Source: Escherichia phage CLB_P2
Direction: 5' to 3' (one strand)
Sequence record: OL770107
Length of the DNA stretch: 64,000 nt
The translations under genes and the position numbers were made by a program. The notes beneath the pieces are model-generated. The model searched no databases, had not been told where the DNA came from, and saw nothing but the letters and a program-made list of their open reading frames with translations. This document shows, one piece after another, positions 50,546-63,988 of this stretch. Numbering within the stretch: position 1 is the stretch's first letter; the number at the start of each line of letters is the position of its first letter.

Positions 50546-50823
50546 TATTCGTCGTCCTCGTCTTCATCATCATCGCCGTCATCACCTTCATCCGCATCGT
50601 CAGATTCTTTTTTGTCTTTCTTATCTGCTTTATCGGATTTTTCGTCTTTATCTTCGTCTTCGTCATCTTCGTCGGCTTCTTCGCCTTCAATCATAACGGA
50701 GCGAGCAATTTCTGCTTTACGGGCTTCAATCAAAGCGGCTACTCGAGATTCGATAAGCGGGGCTGCTGCTTTACGAACTGCTACGAGGTCGTTTGATTTA
50801 ATAGCTTCGATTAAATCTTCCAT
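50545..50823 (-). CDS. 67: prohead core protein gp67 (92 aa), acidic C-terminus
   Basis: Small protein with a poly-Asp/Glu tail directly downstream of the portal gene. Confidence 0.75.
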   Translation of the reverse strand: MEDLIEAIKSNDLVAVRKAAAPLIESRVAALIEARKAEIARSVMIEGEEADEDDEDEDKDEKSDKADKKDKKESDDADEGDDGDDDEDEDDE

Positions 50824-52397
50824 TAGAAATCCTCTTCTTCTTCATCTGGGTTTTGGAAACGAGCCTCTTTAGACTCTTCTTCAATTTGCTTAGCTTCTTG
50901 ATTAATTTCTTCGTCAGTCATCTGAAGGAAATCTTTCATAGCCGTTTGATGTGAAATATACTTACCAATAAATGGTTCAGCCATCGTTAGCATATTGATT
51001 CTGCGTTCCATGATTTCCGCATCTTTCATTTCACTGAAATAGCTATCACGATTGAACGTAACTTTAATATTATTTATTTCCTTTTCCCACTCATCTTCTG
51101 TAATAATCTTTTTAAGAATGAGGTTTGTTTTTAACGGGTCTAGGAAAATTTCTTCAAATTTGTTTTGTAGCTGGCGAATCCATTTAGCAAATTTCAACTC
51201 ATCACGAGTGATTGCTGTACCGGCATCAAACATAACGCCTGAATTAGATTCACTAGGGATACGTGACTCTGGAATACGCAGTGCACGATAAAGTGCTGTG
51301 CGGAAATAAAGAACATCATCCATATCACTCATACCAGTAGCACCTGGCATTGTATCAACTTCTGTTACCGCTTTACCGTCACGACGTTGCAACCAATAGT
51401 CTTCAGTCATAGACATATTATGTTGTTGGTTTTTAATTTTACCTGTCGAAGCATCATACACCACACGGTTTTTCATCGTGTTCATGATATGTTGCATTTG
51501 TGCTGCAGCCTTACGTGAAGGCATATTACCTGTATCGATATAAAACACACGACGGTCAGGAGCACGTGTAATACGGTAGATGACCATTGCGTCTTCCATC
51601 AATTTAAGCTGGTTTGCAGGCTTAATAGCACGTTGCAAATAGCCAATGATGTTTTTACCGCAACAATCTAATAATCCGGAATGTGCATAAACTACGGCAG
51701 CACGAGGAATTTTAACTTTAGTCCCGGCTGAATAAATGCGTCCATCAGCGCAATAACTTTCATGGCCTGTGTCGTAAACGAAAAACTCGCGATACCCGTC
51801 TACAATTTTAACGCCGTCTTCCATACGTGTAACGATTTCACGAATATATTGGACTTGGCGCGGGTCTAAGCGTCGAAGCTCTTGTACGCCATCTTTCATT
51901 TTTTTAGGGTTTATAATTTTATGAAAGAATATTCTCGAGTCTACATACCAACGTTGGAAATGGTCAGTGCCTTTACGTTGGAAATTTAAAAGGTTTAAAA
52001 CTTCACTAAATTCAGCCAAAATTTTATCTTTAATTGATTGACTAAATTCCGTGCCGTCTAAATTCAATGCAACTACTTCTTTATCATCCTCGTAGACAAT
52101 AGCGTCAGACACAATTTCTTGAACGGCATTGTCGACTTCATAGTTGTTCATCAAATTACGGTAGGTATCAATGAGTTCCCTGGTGTTTTTAACTTCAGGC
52201 TCATTACTACCAAACATTTGTTGCATAAGAGCGTTATAAGGAATATTTTGCTCTTGGGTTTCAATTTCGCGAGCGCCATCATCAAGCTTAGGTGCAGTGA
52301 CAGACTCTAAATTGTTATTTAATTGTTGTTTATATTCTTTTTCGTCTTCATTAGCCCATGGCTTAAGAAAACTTAATATTGTATTAAAGTTTGCCAT
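50823..52397 (-). CDS. 20: portal vertex protein gp20 (524 aa)
   Basis: Same length as T4 gp20 and extensive match ([52 protein letters not shown]). Confidence 0.95.
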   Translation of the reverse strand: MANFNTILSFLKPWANEDEKEYKQQLNNNLESVTAPKLDDGAREIETQEQNIPYNALMQQMFGSNEPEVKNTRELIDTYRNLMNNYEVDNAVQEIVSDAIVYEDDKEVVALNLDGTEFSQSIKDKILAEFSEVLNLLNFQRKGTDHFQRWYVDSRIFFHKIINPKKMKDGVQELRRLDPRQVQYIREIVTRMEDGVKIVDGYREFFVYDTGHESYCADGRIYSAGTKVKIPRAAVVYAHSGLLDCCGKNIIGYLQRAIKPANQLKLMEDAMVIYRITRAPDRRVFYIDTGNMPSRKAAAQMQHIMNTMKNRVVYDASTGKIKNQQHNMSMTEDYWLQRRDGKAVTEVDTMPGATGMSDMDDVLYFRTALYRALRIPESRIPSESNSGVMFDAGTAITRDELKFAKWIRQLQNKFEEIFLDPLKTNLILKKIITEDEWEKEINNIKVTFNRDSYFSEMKDAEIMERRINMLTMAEPFIGKYISHQTAMKDFLQMTDEEINQEAKQIEEESKEARFQNPDEEEEDF

Positions 52398-52454
52398 TAG
52401 AGTCTCCGATGAATGGGATAAGGAGCCGAAGCTCCTTTATAATTCTATTTATAC

Positions 52455-52958
52455 TCATTCCCACCAATCGATAGCGAACGTAGATTCAAACGTTTCGACT
52501 TCATTATTGCTGTCCCAGTCCATCTGGACTTCACCAACGTTAGTAGGCCATAAGCCGTAAATTGTAACTTCTTTAGTCACAGTCTTACCGTCACGGTGGA
52601 ACTGTCGAACAATTGCTTGTTTCTTATATTCTGCAGGTGCAGCACCGGTAATTTCATTGGTCATACCATGGCAGAGGTTTTGCCAATCGACAATTGCCTG
52701 ACGGGTGTCATGGGCATCATCGTTATAAATGGTAATAGTCCAATCATCAAACGTACGGTCGCCGGCTACGTTAATTTTACGGTTCATGTAGCCAACCGGT
52801 ACTTTTTCTACAATGCCTGCCGGCATAGGTGCTGCTTTACATTTAAAGCTAAAGTTTTTACCAAGAAATGGAATTTCCACTTCGAAAAGGTTAGGGCGTG
52901 CAAAGTCACCTGACTCAAACGCACGAGTGATATCTGTCAACTCCATGGGATGCCTCAT
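52455..52958 (-). CDS. 19: tail tube protein gp19 (167 aa)
   Basis: Match to remembered T4 gp19 (TRAFESGDFARPNLF, GLWPTNVGE, DWDSNNE). Confidence 0.93.
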   Translation of the reverse strand: MRHPMELTDITRAFESGDFARPNLFEVEIPFLGKNFSFKCKAAPMPAGIVEKVPVGYMNRKINVAGDRTFDDWTITIYNDDAHDTRQAIVDWQNLCHGMTNEITGAAPAEYKKQAIVRQFHRDGKTVTKEVTIYGLWPTNVGEVQMDWDSNNEVETFESTFAIDWWE

Positions 52959-52998
52959 AAGTCAGTTCCTGGCCACACCAGGAACGTTCTGATTAATT

Positions 52999-53006
52999 TA
53001 TTTATA
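52999..53006 (-). promoter_or_regulatory. late promoter TATAAATA for gene 19
   Basis: Plus-strand TATTTATA about 41 nt upstream of the gene 19 ATG. Confidence 0.5.
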
Positions 53007-53131
53007 ACAGTTGATAAATCATATTCCTGATAGTTAATCAATCCCAGGCGCAATTCTACGCGATGTACGCTGTAACCAAACCCATGGTATAATGGTTTTA
53101 GGTTCTTTATATTACAGCCTGGGATAATAGA

Positions 53132-55114
53132 TTATACTAAAGGTCCAATCAATTCATCAAAATCAGCACCAGTGCTCGTTGCAACGAAGTTCAACGTGAT
53201 GTAGTTAATAGAACGAGAAGGTTTTACGTATATATTAGCAATAAACTCGTTACGGTCGATAACCGCAGGGGTGTTCACTGTAGTATCACAAACCACACGT
53301 CCTTCATAAATCCCACCAAGTGCCTTAATACCATCTAAGTACTGAGAAACTTCCATACGGAAGCTTGAACGAGTGAAGTTATCGTTCAATTCAAACAGTT
53401 TATATTTAGAGGCATCACCGATATTTTTCTTAAGCATGTTGAACAAACGGCGAACGTTAATGTGGTCCATCGGAGATGGAACTTTAGTTGCAGTCTTATC
53501 ACCAAACAATACGAAACCATCACCACCAGCAAAACCAACAACCGGGTTAATAGCTTCCTGGTACATGCGGTCACGTTGTGCTTGGCGTGGTTCAATTGCC
53601 AATTTCAGAACGTTAAGAATCTGACCACGGTTATAACCAGCAGGAGACATCCAAGGCTGAGACACATCATCAGTACGTGCACACAAACCAGCCATATCAG
53701 CAGCCAGCGGTACCCAACGGTTTACGTCGTTATATTTGTCATACTGATATTTATAGTTACCATCAATAGCAGCATAAGTGGTACTGATGTTCATGTTGTT
53801 GGCATCGAAATTACCAGCACCGGTACGCCAGTCAATAAGGTTATCTACTGCACGAGTCAGTGGAACGTTAACCAACAGTCCTTTAGGAGGAGAAATAAAT
53901 GCTAAGCAATCCTGACGTTCATCGGCAATACTAACAACGTGTTTCTGAACAGTAGAAGCCACTTCGTCGCCTTCACCAGCAACAGCACCAGCAATAAGCA
54001 GGTTAATATGGAGTGCTTCACGATCGGCAAACAAATCCCAACCCTGCATCAAATCGCCTGCAGTAACTTTATCGTTAGCAGAAACACCGCCCATCAGATT
54101 AATGATACCGCTGAAGCCTTTAGGCCAGTTCAAAGAGGTAGCAAAAATATAGTTGGAAGTACCTTTAGCGAAATAGTCGTCAAGATAAATGTTATTACCG
54201 TAAACGTCTTTTTCACCTTCTTTGGTAGAAAGTACGACAGATTCTACGATAGCGCCATCGCGACGAACAATAATTGCGTATTGGTCATCTGTTTGTGGTC
54301 CGTAATTAAATACTGCCTTGGCAATAGAAGCACGGGTACCGCCGCCAGGATAAATATCCAGCATTTTAGAAGAACCAGCATCATAAGCGGCTTTGGAAAC
54401 GATTTCTACTTCCAGAGTAGAACCAATTTCACCAGGATAAAGAGCCACTACGCCTGGCATAGCAAATTTCTTAAGAGATGCTTGGAATTCAAGAGAAGTA
54501 ATAGCTTCTTCACTATTCTCTGCTTCAGTCAAAAGAATACCGGAATCCGTAACAATTTTACCTACGGTAATAGTACCAGAAACACCGGAAGATGCAGAAG
54601 TAACTTCAGCGGTCCAAGCCGGGCCAAGGGTAGGATACTGGTTTAAAGAACGTGCATAAGCAATAATTTTTGCTGACGGAATAAACACGGAAAGAATTTT
54701 ACCGTCTGTATCTACAGAAGTCACACGACCTTCAGATTCGACTACAGTTTGGTTATATTTAATATTGATTTTATCGCCTACTGCATAGTTGGAACCGGCC
54801 GTAGTAATAGTGGTCTCAATGTTACCAGCGATAGGAGATGCGTTTTTAGCAAATTCGCGACTAACAACACGAACTGTGCGAAGGTCATTACCATACTGGA
54901 GGAAGTTCATACCAGACATAAAGTAATCTGCTACTTCGTTATTAGGACCTCCAAATAAATCAACCAGTTCAACTTCATTAGTAATCTGAGTTACCTGGAA
55001 AGCAGGGCCCCACTGGAATTTACCTACCAGCGCTGCACGACCCGTTGCGTTACGAACGACAGTACTCTGTACGGACGTTTCTTTGAGCTCAATGCCCGGT
55101 GATAATAAAGCCAT
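53132..55114 (-). CDS. 18: tail sheath protein gp18 (660 aa)
   Basis: Extensive match to remembered T4 gp18 (LLSPGIELKET, MNFLQYGNDLR, NVRRLFNMLK, NYITLNFVAT). Confidence 0.96.
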   Translation of the reverse strand: MALLSPGIELKETSVQSTVVRNATGRAALVGKFQWGPAFQVTQITNEVELVDLFGGPNNEVADYFMSGMNFLQYGNDLRTVRVVSREFAKNASPIAGNIETTITTAGSNYAVGDKINIKYNQTVVESEGRVTSVDTDGKILSVFIPSAKIIAYARSLNQYPTLGPAWTAEVTSASSGVSGTITVGKIVTDSGILLTEAENSEEAITSLEFQASLKKFAMPGVVALYPGEIGSTLEVEIVSKAAYDAGSSKMLDIYPGGGTRASIAKAVFNYGPQTDDQYAIIVRRDGAIVESVVLSTKEGEKDVYGNNIYLDDYFAKGTSNYIFATSLNWPKGFSGIINLMGGVSANDKVTAGDLMQGWDLFADREALHINLLIAGAVAGEGDEVASTVQKHVVSIADERQDCLAFISPPKGLLVNVPLTRAVDNLIDWRTGAGNFDANNMNISTTYAAIDGNYKYQYDKYNDVNRWVPLAADMAGLCARTDDVSQPWMSPAGYNRGQILNVLKLAIEPRQAQRDRMYQEAINPVVGFAGGDGFVLFGDKTATKVPSPMDHINVRRLFNMLKKNIGDASKYKLFELNDNFTRSSFRMEVSQYLDGIKALGGIYEGRVVCDTTVNTPAVIDRNEFIANIYVKPSRSINYITLNFVATSTGADFDELIGPLV

Positions 55115-55143
55115 TTTGAATCCTCTTGGTTATGCTTTATTGT

Positions 55144-57453
<2,310 letters not shown>

Positions 57454-57457
<4 letters not shown>

Positions 57458-58323
57458 GGGTTTCTCCTTGGTGCTGGAGGCTCTGGTTCAACAGGCACCG
57501 GAATATCTTGTGAATACGTTTGAATGGACTTACCATCCCATTCTTTTTCTTCTACGCCTCTAGGAACTACTTCGCTATCAACCGATTCAAAATTACCTTC
57601 AGGAGCGAGTTCTTTAGAGTTGGCAAAGAAATCAAGATAAATGGTTTTGATTTCGCCTTCCATTTCTTTAACAGGAGGATATAGCCATCCGTTAACCTCA
57701 AACATCATAGACCATTCTAAGCGACGACGTGAAGTGGTATCACCTTCTAATTGTTCGTCCATTGCTATAGATTGGAACACAATACGAATATCACGGTCAA
57801 ATTTAATTTCGTTTGTATAGAGTTCGGTAATTGTTGTATTAAAGTGAGGTTGGAAATACGGCATAATTTGTTCCACAATCTGGAACATATCATCTTGAGT
57901 TCTAGTGTAAATACCCAGTTCAAAAATCATTTTTACTGGAGTAGGAGAATATTGGCTGACTCGTTTCCGAGGGTCTCCATTCTCAAATTGAATTTGTGTT
58001 CTATTTTGAAGAGCCGTTTTGTATTGTGAGTTATAAAGCATGTCAACCATTTGGAGGTTCATACGTGGAAGAACAGTTTCCACTTTAGCTTTTTGTTCAG
58101 CCCTTTCTTTTGGGGACATATTAGGATTTGGGATATTTTGAACTGCGGTCCACTTACCTAAATTAGCCATAAATCTTTCTTTAGAAGCATACGTAATAGG
58201 AACCTTAATAAATTTAAGCCCTGTATCTTCTCTTTGACGTGCTACTTGAACATGGGAAAATAAATCACCCATCAAAACAATATAGCGACGTAGCGAACTA
58301 TTATACCAATGTCCAAACATCAA
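57454..58323 (-). CDS. 15: tail sheath stabiliser / completion protein gp15 (289 aa)
   Basis: T4 gene order and size. Confidence 0.85.
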
Positions 58324-58359
58324 ACCTCCTAAAATGGCGCACTATGCGCCATGTATTAT

Positions 58360-59133
58360 TTAATCATCTAAAAAAGCATCATCAAATGCTGTAGGAGGAG
58401 CATCTTCTCCTCTACCATTAATCACCACATAAGGATGTACGAATTCCGCTGCTTCAGCATTAATCTCATTAACCTCTTCATATTGGATATCAGAGATATC
58501 AGCCAACCCGTCGATATTTTTAACAGGCATTAAATCAAGCTCACTGAATTCAGGAATATTAATACCTTCATTTCTCTGTAATTCAGGACGAAGTTCTTCA
58601 CCATTATAAATGAACTTGGTAGCAGTAATACGACGCTGGACGTTTGTACCAACTTGATAGAACGGGTCGTAAGGTTGAACCCAATTAATTTCAAATAGAC
58701 TGTTGTCCATAGGGAAATAAATCAAGTCACCTGAAACAGGTTCAGTACCATTGCATTGATGTTTAAAAAGGTTAGGGTTAATTGTGATTGTTACTTCATC
58801 ATTAACCATCATACCGAACTTACTGAAATAAGTATTGTCACCGGAATAACCTTCAAAGGAATCTAAATAACCTGCAAACTTCCAGGCTTTAGTAAATTTG
58901 TTCTGAAGGTCTTCGCCAAATAGCTGGTCTGGTTTAACATATTCACGTGGTATATAATAAAGCTCGATACCACGCATTTGAATAGACTCAGCAACTAAAG
59001 CATCAGCCAATGTTTGGGTGTTCTCATGGCGATAAAAGTTGACGAATGGGTTCATTATTTCAGTTTCGTTCGTGTTAGCATAGCCAGTATTATCTTCTAG
59101 CTTAGCGAATAAACTCGAATCGAAAGTAGCCAT
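58360..59133 (-). CDS. 14: neck protein gp14 (257 aa)
   Basis: T4 gene order and size. Confidence 0.85.
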   Translation of the reverse strand: MATFDSSLFAKLEDNTGYANTNETEIMNPFVNFYRHENTQTLADALVAESIQMRGIELYYIPREYVKPDQLFGEDLQNKFTKAWKFAGYLDSFEGYSGDNTYFSKFGMMVNDEVTITINPNLFKHQCNGTEPVSGDLIYFPMDNSLFEINWVQPYDPFYQVGTNVQRRITATKFIYNGEELRPELQRNEGINIPEFSELDLMPVKNIDGLADISDIQYEEVNEINAEAAEFVHPYVVINGRGEDAPPTAFDDAFLDD

Positions 59134-59135
59134 AA

Positions 59136-60068
59136 TTATCCAATTAAAATAGGTGTTGGTGGGTCGAGCAAATCTAATTCTTCACGAAGACGTTCTTTTT
59201 CTAAACGAGCCTCTTCAATCAATCGAATACCATCTACAGTGGTTCCACCTGCAAGTTGCATGCCTTGGTGTTTGGCTAGAATATTGCCATTGACTTCTTT
59301 AACCAATGCAGTGGCATAATCTTTAACCCAACGGTTATTATATGCACCGTCCTGAAGGCCGAGGTCCTCGCCTACGCGCATACCGGAAATACGACGAGAT
59401 GGGTTATCCCAAATAGCACCTGGGCTCCATTCGTTTTCACCACAGGCCGAAGCATAACCATAGCCTACGGTATTTCCAACCATAGAATCAACCCCATTAA
59501 AAGAACGAGTATAAACTTCGATTACAATAAAATCGCCTTTAACAAAGTTACCCATTACCTTCAATTGTTCAGTGGCATCGTTATACCAATAATCTGGTAG
59601 TGGAACCAAAAGGTCCTGCATCATAGAACGATATTGCATTAGCTGCGTAAAATAACCAAGGTCGGCGCCGAAGGCATTAGGTCCGAAACTGTTACATGAA
59701 GACCCAAGCCCACCATTAATACCAGCTAAGCCTAATACAAAATCTGTAAACCAGGGATAAGTTGCTTGCCCATCCATAGATGTTAAAGAACCAACGTTAG
59801 TTCTCAAAATTTGTGTTACTGCAAATATATTACGTCCTTTAAGGTCGAATACACCATTACGGAATTTTTCTTCATCGTCGTGGCCGATATAAAAAGCCTG
59901 ATATCCTTTGTTATACCCGTTATAATGGTATTCACCGTAGAGCTCTAGAGCACGCTGGATGCAATCATATACTTGGTCTGTAGTTACTTCAATATTTGTA
60001 ATCGGTGCACCCAGGCGGCGCAGAATAGCGTCCTTGAGTTGCTTAGGGTTGAATGATTCGCTTGCCAT
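59136..60068 (-). CDS. 13: neck protein gp13 (310 aa)
   Basis: T4 gene order and size. Confidence 0.85.
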   Translation of the reverse strand: MASESFNPKQLKDAILRRLGAPITNIEVTTDQVYDCIQRALELYGEYHYNGYNKGYQAFYIGHDDEEKFRNGVFDLKGRNIFAVTQILRTNVGSLTSMDGQATYPWFTDFVLGLAGINGGLGSSCNSFGPNAFGADLGYFTQLMQYRSMMQDLLVPLPDYWYNDATEQLKVMGNFVKGDFIVIEVYTRSFNGVDSMVGNTVGYGYASACGENEWSPGAIWDNPSRRISGMRVGEDLGLQDGAYNNRWVKDYATALVKEVNGNILAKHQGMQLAGGTTVDGIRLIEEARLEKERLREELDLLDPPTPILIG

Positions 60069-60089
60069 ATTTTATTCCTCTAATAACCG

Positions 60090-60097
60090 TATTTATA
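60090..60097 (-). promoter_or_regulatory. late promoter TATAAATA for gene 13
   Basis: Plus-strand TATTTATA about 22 nt upstream of the gene 13 ATG. Confidence 0.5.
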
Positions 60098-60100
60098 GCA

Positions 60101-60123
60101 AAAAAGGGCCGAAGCCCTTTTTA
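60101..60123 (-). terminator. terminator after wac
   Basis: GC-rich hairpin (GGGCC-GAAG-CCC) flanked by AAAAA and TTTTTATT. Confidence 0.5.
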
Positions 60124-62442
60124 TTATGGTGCTGAGTTTAAAGTCACAAAATCAGACAATAATACCCATGCGTTATCAACCAGAACGTACGGGAGTCCGT
60201 CTGCAGCAGGAGCCACCGGCGGACGTTTAGCTAATTCTGTTTCTAAGGCTGTAATTTTACCTTCGGCGGCGGTTAAACGGGTTCCTAAATCGGCAACTTT
60301 ATCAGATTCAACTTTAACTGCGGCCAAACCTGTTTCAAGAGTACCAACTTCACCTTCAACAGCGGCTAAACCAGACTCAAGGGTGGTTATTTTACCTTCT
60401 GCCGTAGTTATTTTACCTTCTGCCGTACCTAAACGGGTATTGATTCCTGCCACTTTGTCAGATTCAACTTTAACGGCAGCCAAACCTGTTTCAAGGGTAG
60501 TTATTTTACCTTCAGATGTACCTAATCGAGTATCAATTCCTTCTACTTTATCCGATTCAACCTTAACTGCGGCTAAATCGGACTGAAGGGTAGTTATTTT
60601 ACCTTCAGCTGTTGTTACACGAGTTGTTAAAGGAGCTATTTTAGCGGTATCTAATTTAATATCAGTAATTTCGCCTTCATTAGCTGCTACTCGCCCGGTT
60701 AAAGTAACGATATCACCTTTATTCTTGGTTATATCGGCTTTAATAGGGGTTAATTGTGATTCTATAGAACTCACATCTAAAGCCAAAGCCGTAACATCAG
60801 AATCGGTTGTATCCGTCTTGGTTTCCAATGCGGTTATTTTGCCATTAATAGTTACGTCACTTTCTTCCAAAGCAGTAATACGATTATCTTGCTCAGTGTC
60901 TTTGGATTTTAACAAAACAACATCGGCTTTAATTTCTCCTACTGAAGTGTTTAAAGCACCAGTTCTGGTATCAAGAGAAGAAATGGAGGCGTCATTAGTA
61001 TCGACTCTAGCCGTTAAGGCTGATACCTTACCATCAGTAACCAATAAAGAAGCTTTTACTGCATCGATTTCTGTAGTACCATCAAGGATTTCCGTCCATG
61101 CCGAATCCTTACGTCCATACAATTTACCATCAGTAGGTGCTTCACCCAATTTAGTAGGCATCTGAGCTTCAAGGCCTTTAACCGAGTTTATTAATCCTCG
61201 TTCTTCTACGGTACTACCGTTAGGGTTGGTTCCTTCAATTTGGTTGGTGATTTTAAGAATAGAACCTTTGATGCCTGTTTGGTTATTACCAATTTCGGCC
61301 TGCAAATCCTGAATAGTAGAGGCTGAAGTATTGCCTTGAGTTGTAAGGTCGTTCAAACGTTTATTGATTGTTCCTGCTGCCGGACTCACATCCGCACCGA
61401 TTTTACGGTCTATATCAGAAACCTGGAAACGAAGCCCTTCAGATGAACTAGCACCAACTATGGTTTTTAACTCATTAACATCAGTACGCAAGCCACCCAA
61501 TCTGCCGTTAATAGACGTAGGGGTATCGGCAGTACCGATGGCAGTTTCTACTGCAGTAACCCTAGGGACCAAACCATTATTAACAGTGTTTTCTAAAGTA
61601 GACGTTTTAGTTTCTAGTGTAGTTACTCTGGTATCAATAGAGCCCTTATTAAAGCCTATACTGGTTTTGATAGAATCTATCGATTCATTAAAGTTTACGG
61701 CTGCCGTTTCGAGAGCTGAAATTCTAGTATAAGCAGGTTGTTTACCTACCGTATCAATATGTGGACCAAGTTCTTCACGAATTTCGTTAAGTTTAAGCCC
61801 AAGTTGACCTACATCAGAATCTTCATAATTCTTTTCAAGGGTATCTATACGTTGCGAATGGTCGACAATAGCACTGGTATTATCCATAATACGACGCTTC
61901 ATACCGGTGGCTTCAGAAGTTTCACCCGGAGGAAGCGGCTGGCTGTTTATATCTTGGTTTGCATAATGACCAATTTCTGATTTAAGAAGATTTATATTTT
62001 CTCTAACAGTGAGATACGGGCCATCTAAAGACGGGTCATAATAACCGACATCTTCTTCTAAAAAATTAAAATTAACTGTTAAGTCGCCTAAGTCCTTTTT
62101 AGTCTCGGAAGCCTTTTCATCTACAGCCAATATATCGACACGGTTCTTTTCAATTTGCTGAATAACAGCCGTATCAGTAGAAATATCAAGGGCTTCATTA
62201 ATCAAATTAACGTTATCCACAAGCTCGTTAATTTTGTCTTTAGAAGCTATGCTGTTTTCTTCTAATCTAACTACGTTAGTTTGTACTCCTAAAGCAGGGG
62301 CATTCAAATTACCGTCGTGACCGTATTTAGTCGTGGCTCCTTCAATACATTCACCATTGCGTATCCAACGGATACGCTCTTGGGATGCATCAGGTACACC
62401 ATCGACAAACGGAAGTTCTTTAATACTCAGTTTGTCAATCAT
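60124..62442 (-). CDS. wac: fibritin (neck whiskers), extended 772-aa form
   Basis: Long coiled-coil protein between genes 12 and 13 with a foldon-like C-terminus (DGLPYVLVDNAWVLLSDF); internal tandem repeats. Confidence 0.9.
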   Translation of the reverse strand: MIDKLSIKELPFVDGVPDASQERIRWIRNGECIEGATTKYGHDGNLNAPALGVQTNVVRLEENSIASKDKINELVDNVNLINEALDISTDTAVIQQIEKNRVDILAVDEKASETKKDLGDLTVNFNFLEEDVGYYDPSLDGPYLTVRENINLLKSEIGHYANQDINSQPLPPGETSEATGMKRRIMDNTSAIVDHSQRIDTLEKNYEDSDVGQLGLKLNEIREELGPHIDTVGKQPAYTRISALETAAVNFNESIDSIKTSIGFNKGSIDTRVTTLETKTSTLENTVNNGLVPRVTAVETAIGTADTPTSINGRLGGLRTDVNELKTIVGASSSEGLRFQVSDIDRKIGADVSPAAGTINKRLNDLTTQGNTSASTIQDLQAEIGNNQTGIKGSILKITNQIEGTNPNGSTVEERGLINSVKGLEAQMPTKLGEAPTDGKLYGRKDSAWTEILDGTTEIDAVKASLLVTDGKVSALTARVDTNDASISSLDTRTGALNTSVGEIKADVVLLKSKDTEQDNRITALEESDVTINGKITALETKTDTTDSDVTALALDVSSIESQLTPIKADITKNKGDIVTLTGRVAANEGEITDIKLDTAKIAPLTTRVTTAEGKITTLQSDLAAVKVESDKVEGIDTRLGTSEGKITTLETGLAAVKVESDKVAGINTRLGTAEGKITTAEGKITTLESGLAAVEGEVGTLETGLAAVKVESDKVADLGTRLTAAEGKITALETELAKRPPVAPAADGLPYVLVDNAWVLLSDFVTLNSAP
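60270..60620 (-). repeat. in-frame tandem repeats inside wac (about 93-nt units plus a 21-nt tandem duplication)
   Basis: Repeated nucleotide unit ...TTATCAGATTCAACTTTAACTGCGGCCAAACCTGTTTCAAG... three times; encoded motif EGKITTLE.GLAAVKVESDKV; GTTATTTTACCTTCTGCCGTA occurs twice in tandem. Confidence 0.7.
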
Positions 62443-62451
62443 TTTATTTCC

Positions 62452-63984
62452 TTAAGCAACTTTAATAATGAATAGGATGGACATAGTCCAAGGACGGTTT
62501 TCGTTACCAATTAACCCTTCACTGTTTAGGGTAGTTCTTGAATCTCGTGAACCGGAACCGTCAATTTCGTATCCTTCGTTTGTAAAGTAAGAACGGTTAT
62601 CCCAGTCTAATCCTTTACGAGTACCGGCAAAGTTGGAACGAACAGTGTTACCAAAAGCACCTGCGTTATCATGTTCACCAAAACCACCTGCATGTTTATG
62701 GAAACGAAGTTGTTGAGCTTGTACTGTACCGTGTCCATATGAACCACAACCTACACCTAATTTTGGTTTGCCTTTGGCGTCGTTACCTTTGGCGTCTCTA
62801 ATTCTAACGTTGGCGTCCCATTCTTTTAATCCACCGTCATTAGTTTGGTTTGCACCTCTAGGATATAATCCACGGAAGTCAGGTCGAGCGCCAGTTGAAC
62901 CCCATTTACTACCAACTACATTTCGGAATCCTTGCTCACCAGAGTTACCGCCATCACAAACGGCCCAACCTGCAGGGATATTGTTAATTTGGCCTCCCCA
63001 CATAACGATAGTACCAATAGGAACAGAATCTTTTAATTGGTCGACAGTAACAACATCACGCCCATTACGACGTAAAGTACCGTTAACGTTTAAAGTACCA
63101 TTAATAGTGCCGCCGGTGGTAGAAATAACGTTAGCATTATATGCCAGTGCTGTACTTCCGTCTCCAGAACCTACGGTGGTGGATAATTTAACAACACCAA
63201 CCCTTCCGGTAGTACCAGTACGAGAAAGAAGAGTTGAAGGAGATAAAGCTATATTAGAATCACTGCCTGCAGAAGCTTCTTGCGGAGTGGCTAATCTAAT
63301 AATACCTGCACGTGCTTGGGTGGAAGTTAAGGATTTTAATCCAGAAGGAGAAATTGCGACACCATTAGTCAATGTGCCATTTGCCACTTCAGCATTTGTC
63401 GCGATTCTAACAATACCTTCGGTAGTTTGTGTTGCACTTGCATAAGTTGGTAAGGCCGATGTAGCGGCTCCAATTGCCTGTGCGGTTTTAAGAGGCGTCA
63501 TAGCCGTAGTATCATCTGTACCCGCTAAAGCCGCTGGCAAGGTTGAAATCTTGAGTACGCCTGTAGTGTTCTCTGTGGCTAAACGATTAGTGAATGTATA
63601 ATCTATAGTAGCCTTCAAAGATGATGCTACGATTGCAGCCTGGGTCTCTGTCCCAGCGATGGCCTCGTCATTAGTGGCATAACGGGTGATACCTACATAG
63701 GTTTCAGTTGCTTGAGTAGGAATGTCCAAGCGGCCTTTTAAAGTTGCCGGGGTCACAGCAGAGAAAGTATCAGTGCCATCAATAACTTCTTGTTGGGTGG
63801 CTAATCTAATAATACCTTGTTCGGTTTCAGATGCGGCCGGAATATCACCTGTAACACCTATAGCAGAAATGGACGATAAGGCGTCTTGGACGTTGGTAAT
63901 ACTAGGGTCAAAATTCGACCCGGTAGGGTCGAATGTTTTAAATTCCGATTTATCACTTATATGTTTTAGTGTATTTGTAGACAT
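62452..63984 (-). CDS. 12: short tail fibre protein gp12 (510 aa)
   Basis: Match to remembered T4 gp12 (KFDPT..NF.P.IT.VQ, TAMTPLKT, C-terminal GFGE.D.SGAFGNT.RSNF.GTRKGLDWDNRSYFTN.GYEID). Confidence 0.93.
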   Translation of the reverse strand: MSTNTLKHISDKSEFKTFDPTGSNFDPSITNVQDALSSISAIGVTGDIPAASETEQGIIRLATQQEVIDGTDTFSAVTPATLKGRLDIPTQATETYVGITRYATNDEAIAGTETQAAIVASSLKATIDYTFTNRLATENTTGVLKISTLPAALAGTDDTTAMTPLKTAQAIGAATSALPTYASATQTTEGIVRIATNAEVANGTLTNGVAISPSGLKSLTSTQARAGIIRLATPQEASAGSDSNIALSPSTLLSRTGTTGRVGVVKLSTTVGSGDGSTALAYNANVISTTGGTINGTLNVNGTLRRNGRDVVTVDQLKDSVPIGTIVMWGGQINNIPAGWAVCDGGNSGEQGFRNVVGSKWGSTGARPDFRGLYPRGANQTNDGGLKEWDANVRIRDAKGNDAKGKPKLGVGCGSYGHGTVQAQQLRFHKHAGGFGEHDNAGAFGNTVRSNFAGTRKGLDWDNRSYFTNEGYEIDGSGSRDSRTTLNSEGLIGNENRPWTMSILFIIKVA

Positions 63985-63988
63985 TAAC

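Noticed and set aside
53939-54646. 235-aa plus-strand ORF (also 53462..53905)
   Set aside because: Antisense within the well-supported tail sheath gene 18; no ribosome-binding site or promoter context.
60270-60620. Possible CRISPR-like array, from the regular ~90-nt repeats
   Set aside because: The repeats are in-frame coding repeats within wac, with no unique spacers or leader; not a CRISPR array.
60053-61165. Plus-strand ORFs 60053..60586 and 60725..61165 with repeated peptide motifs
   Set aside because: Antisense within wac; their internal repetition simply mirrors the wac tandem repeats.
62768-63445. 225-aa plus-strand ORF
   Set aside because: Antisense within gene 12 (short tail fibre).
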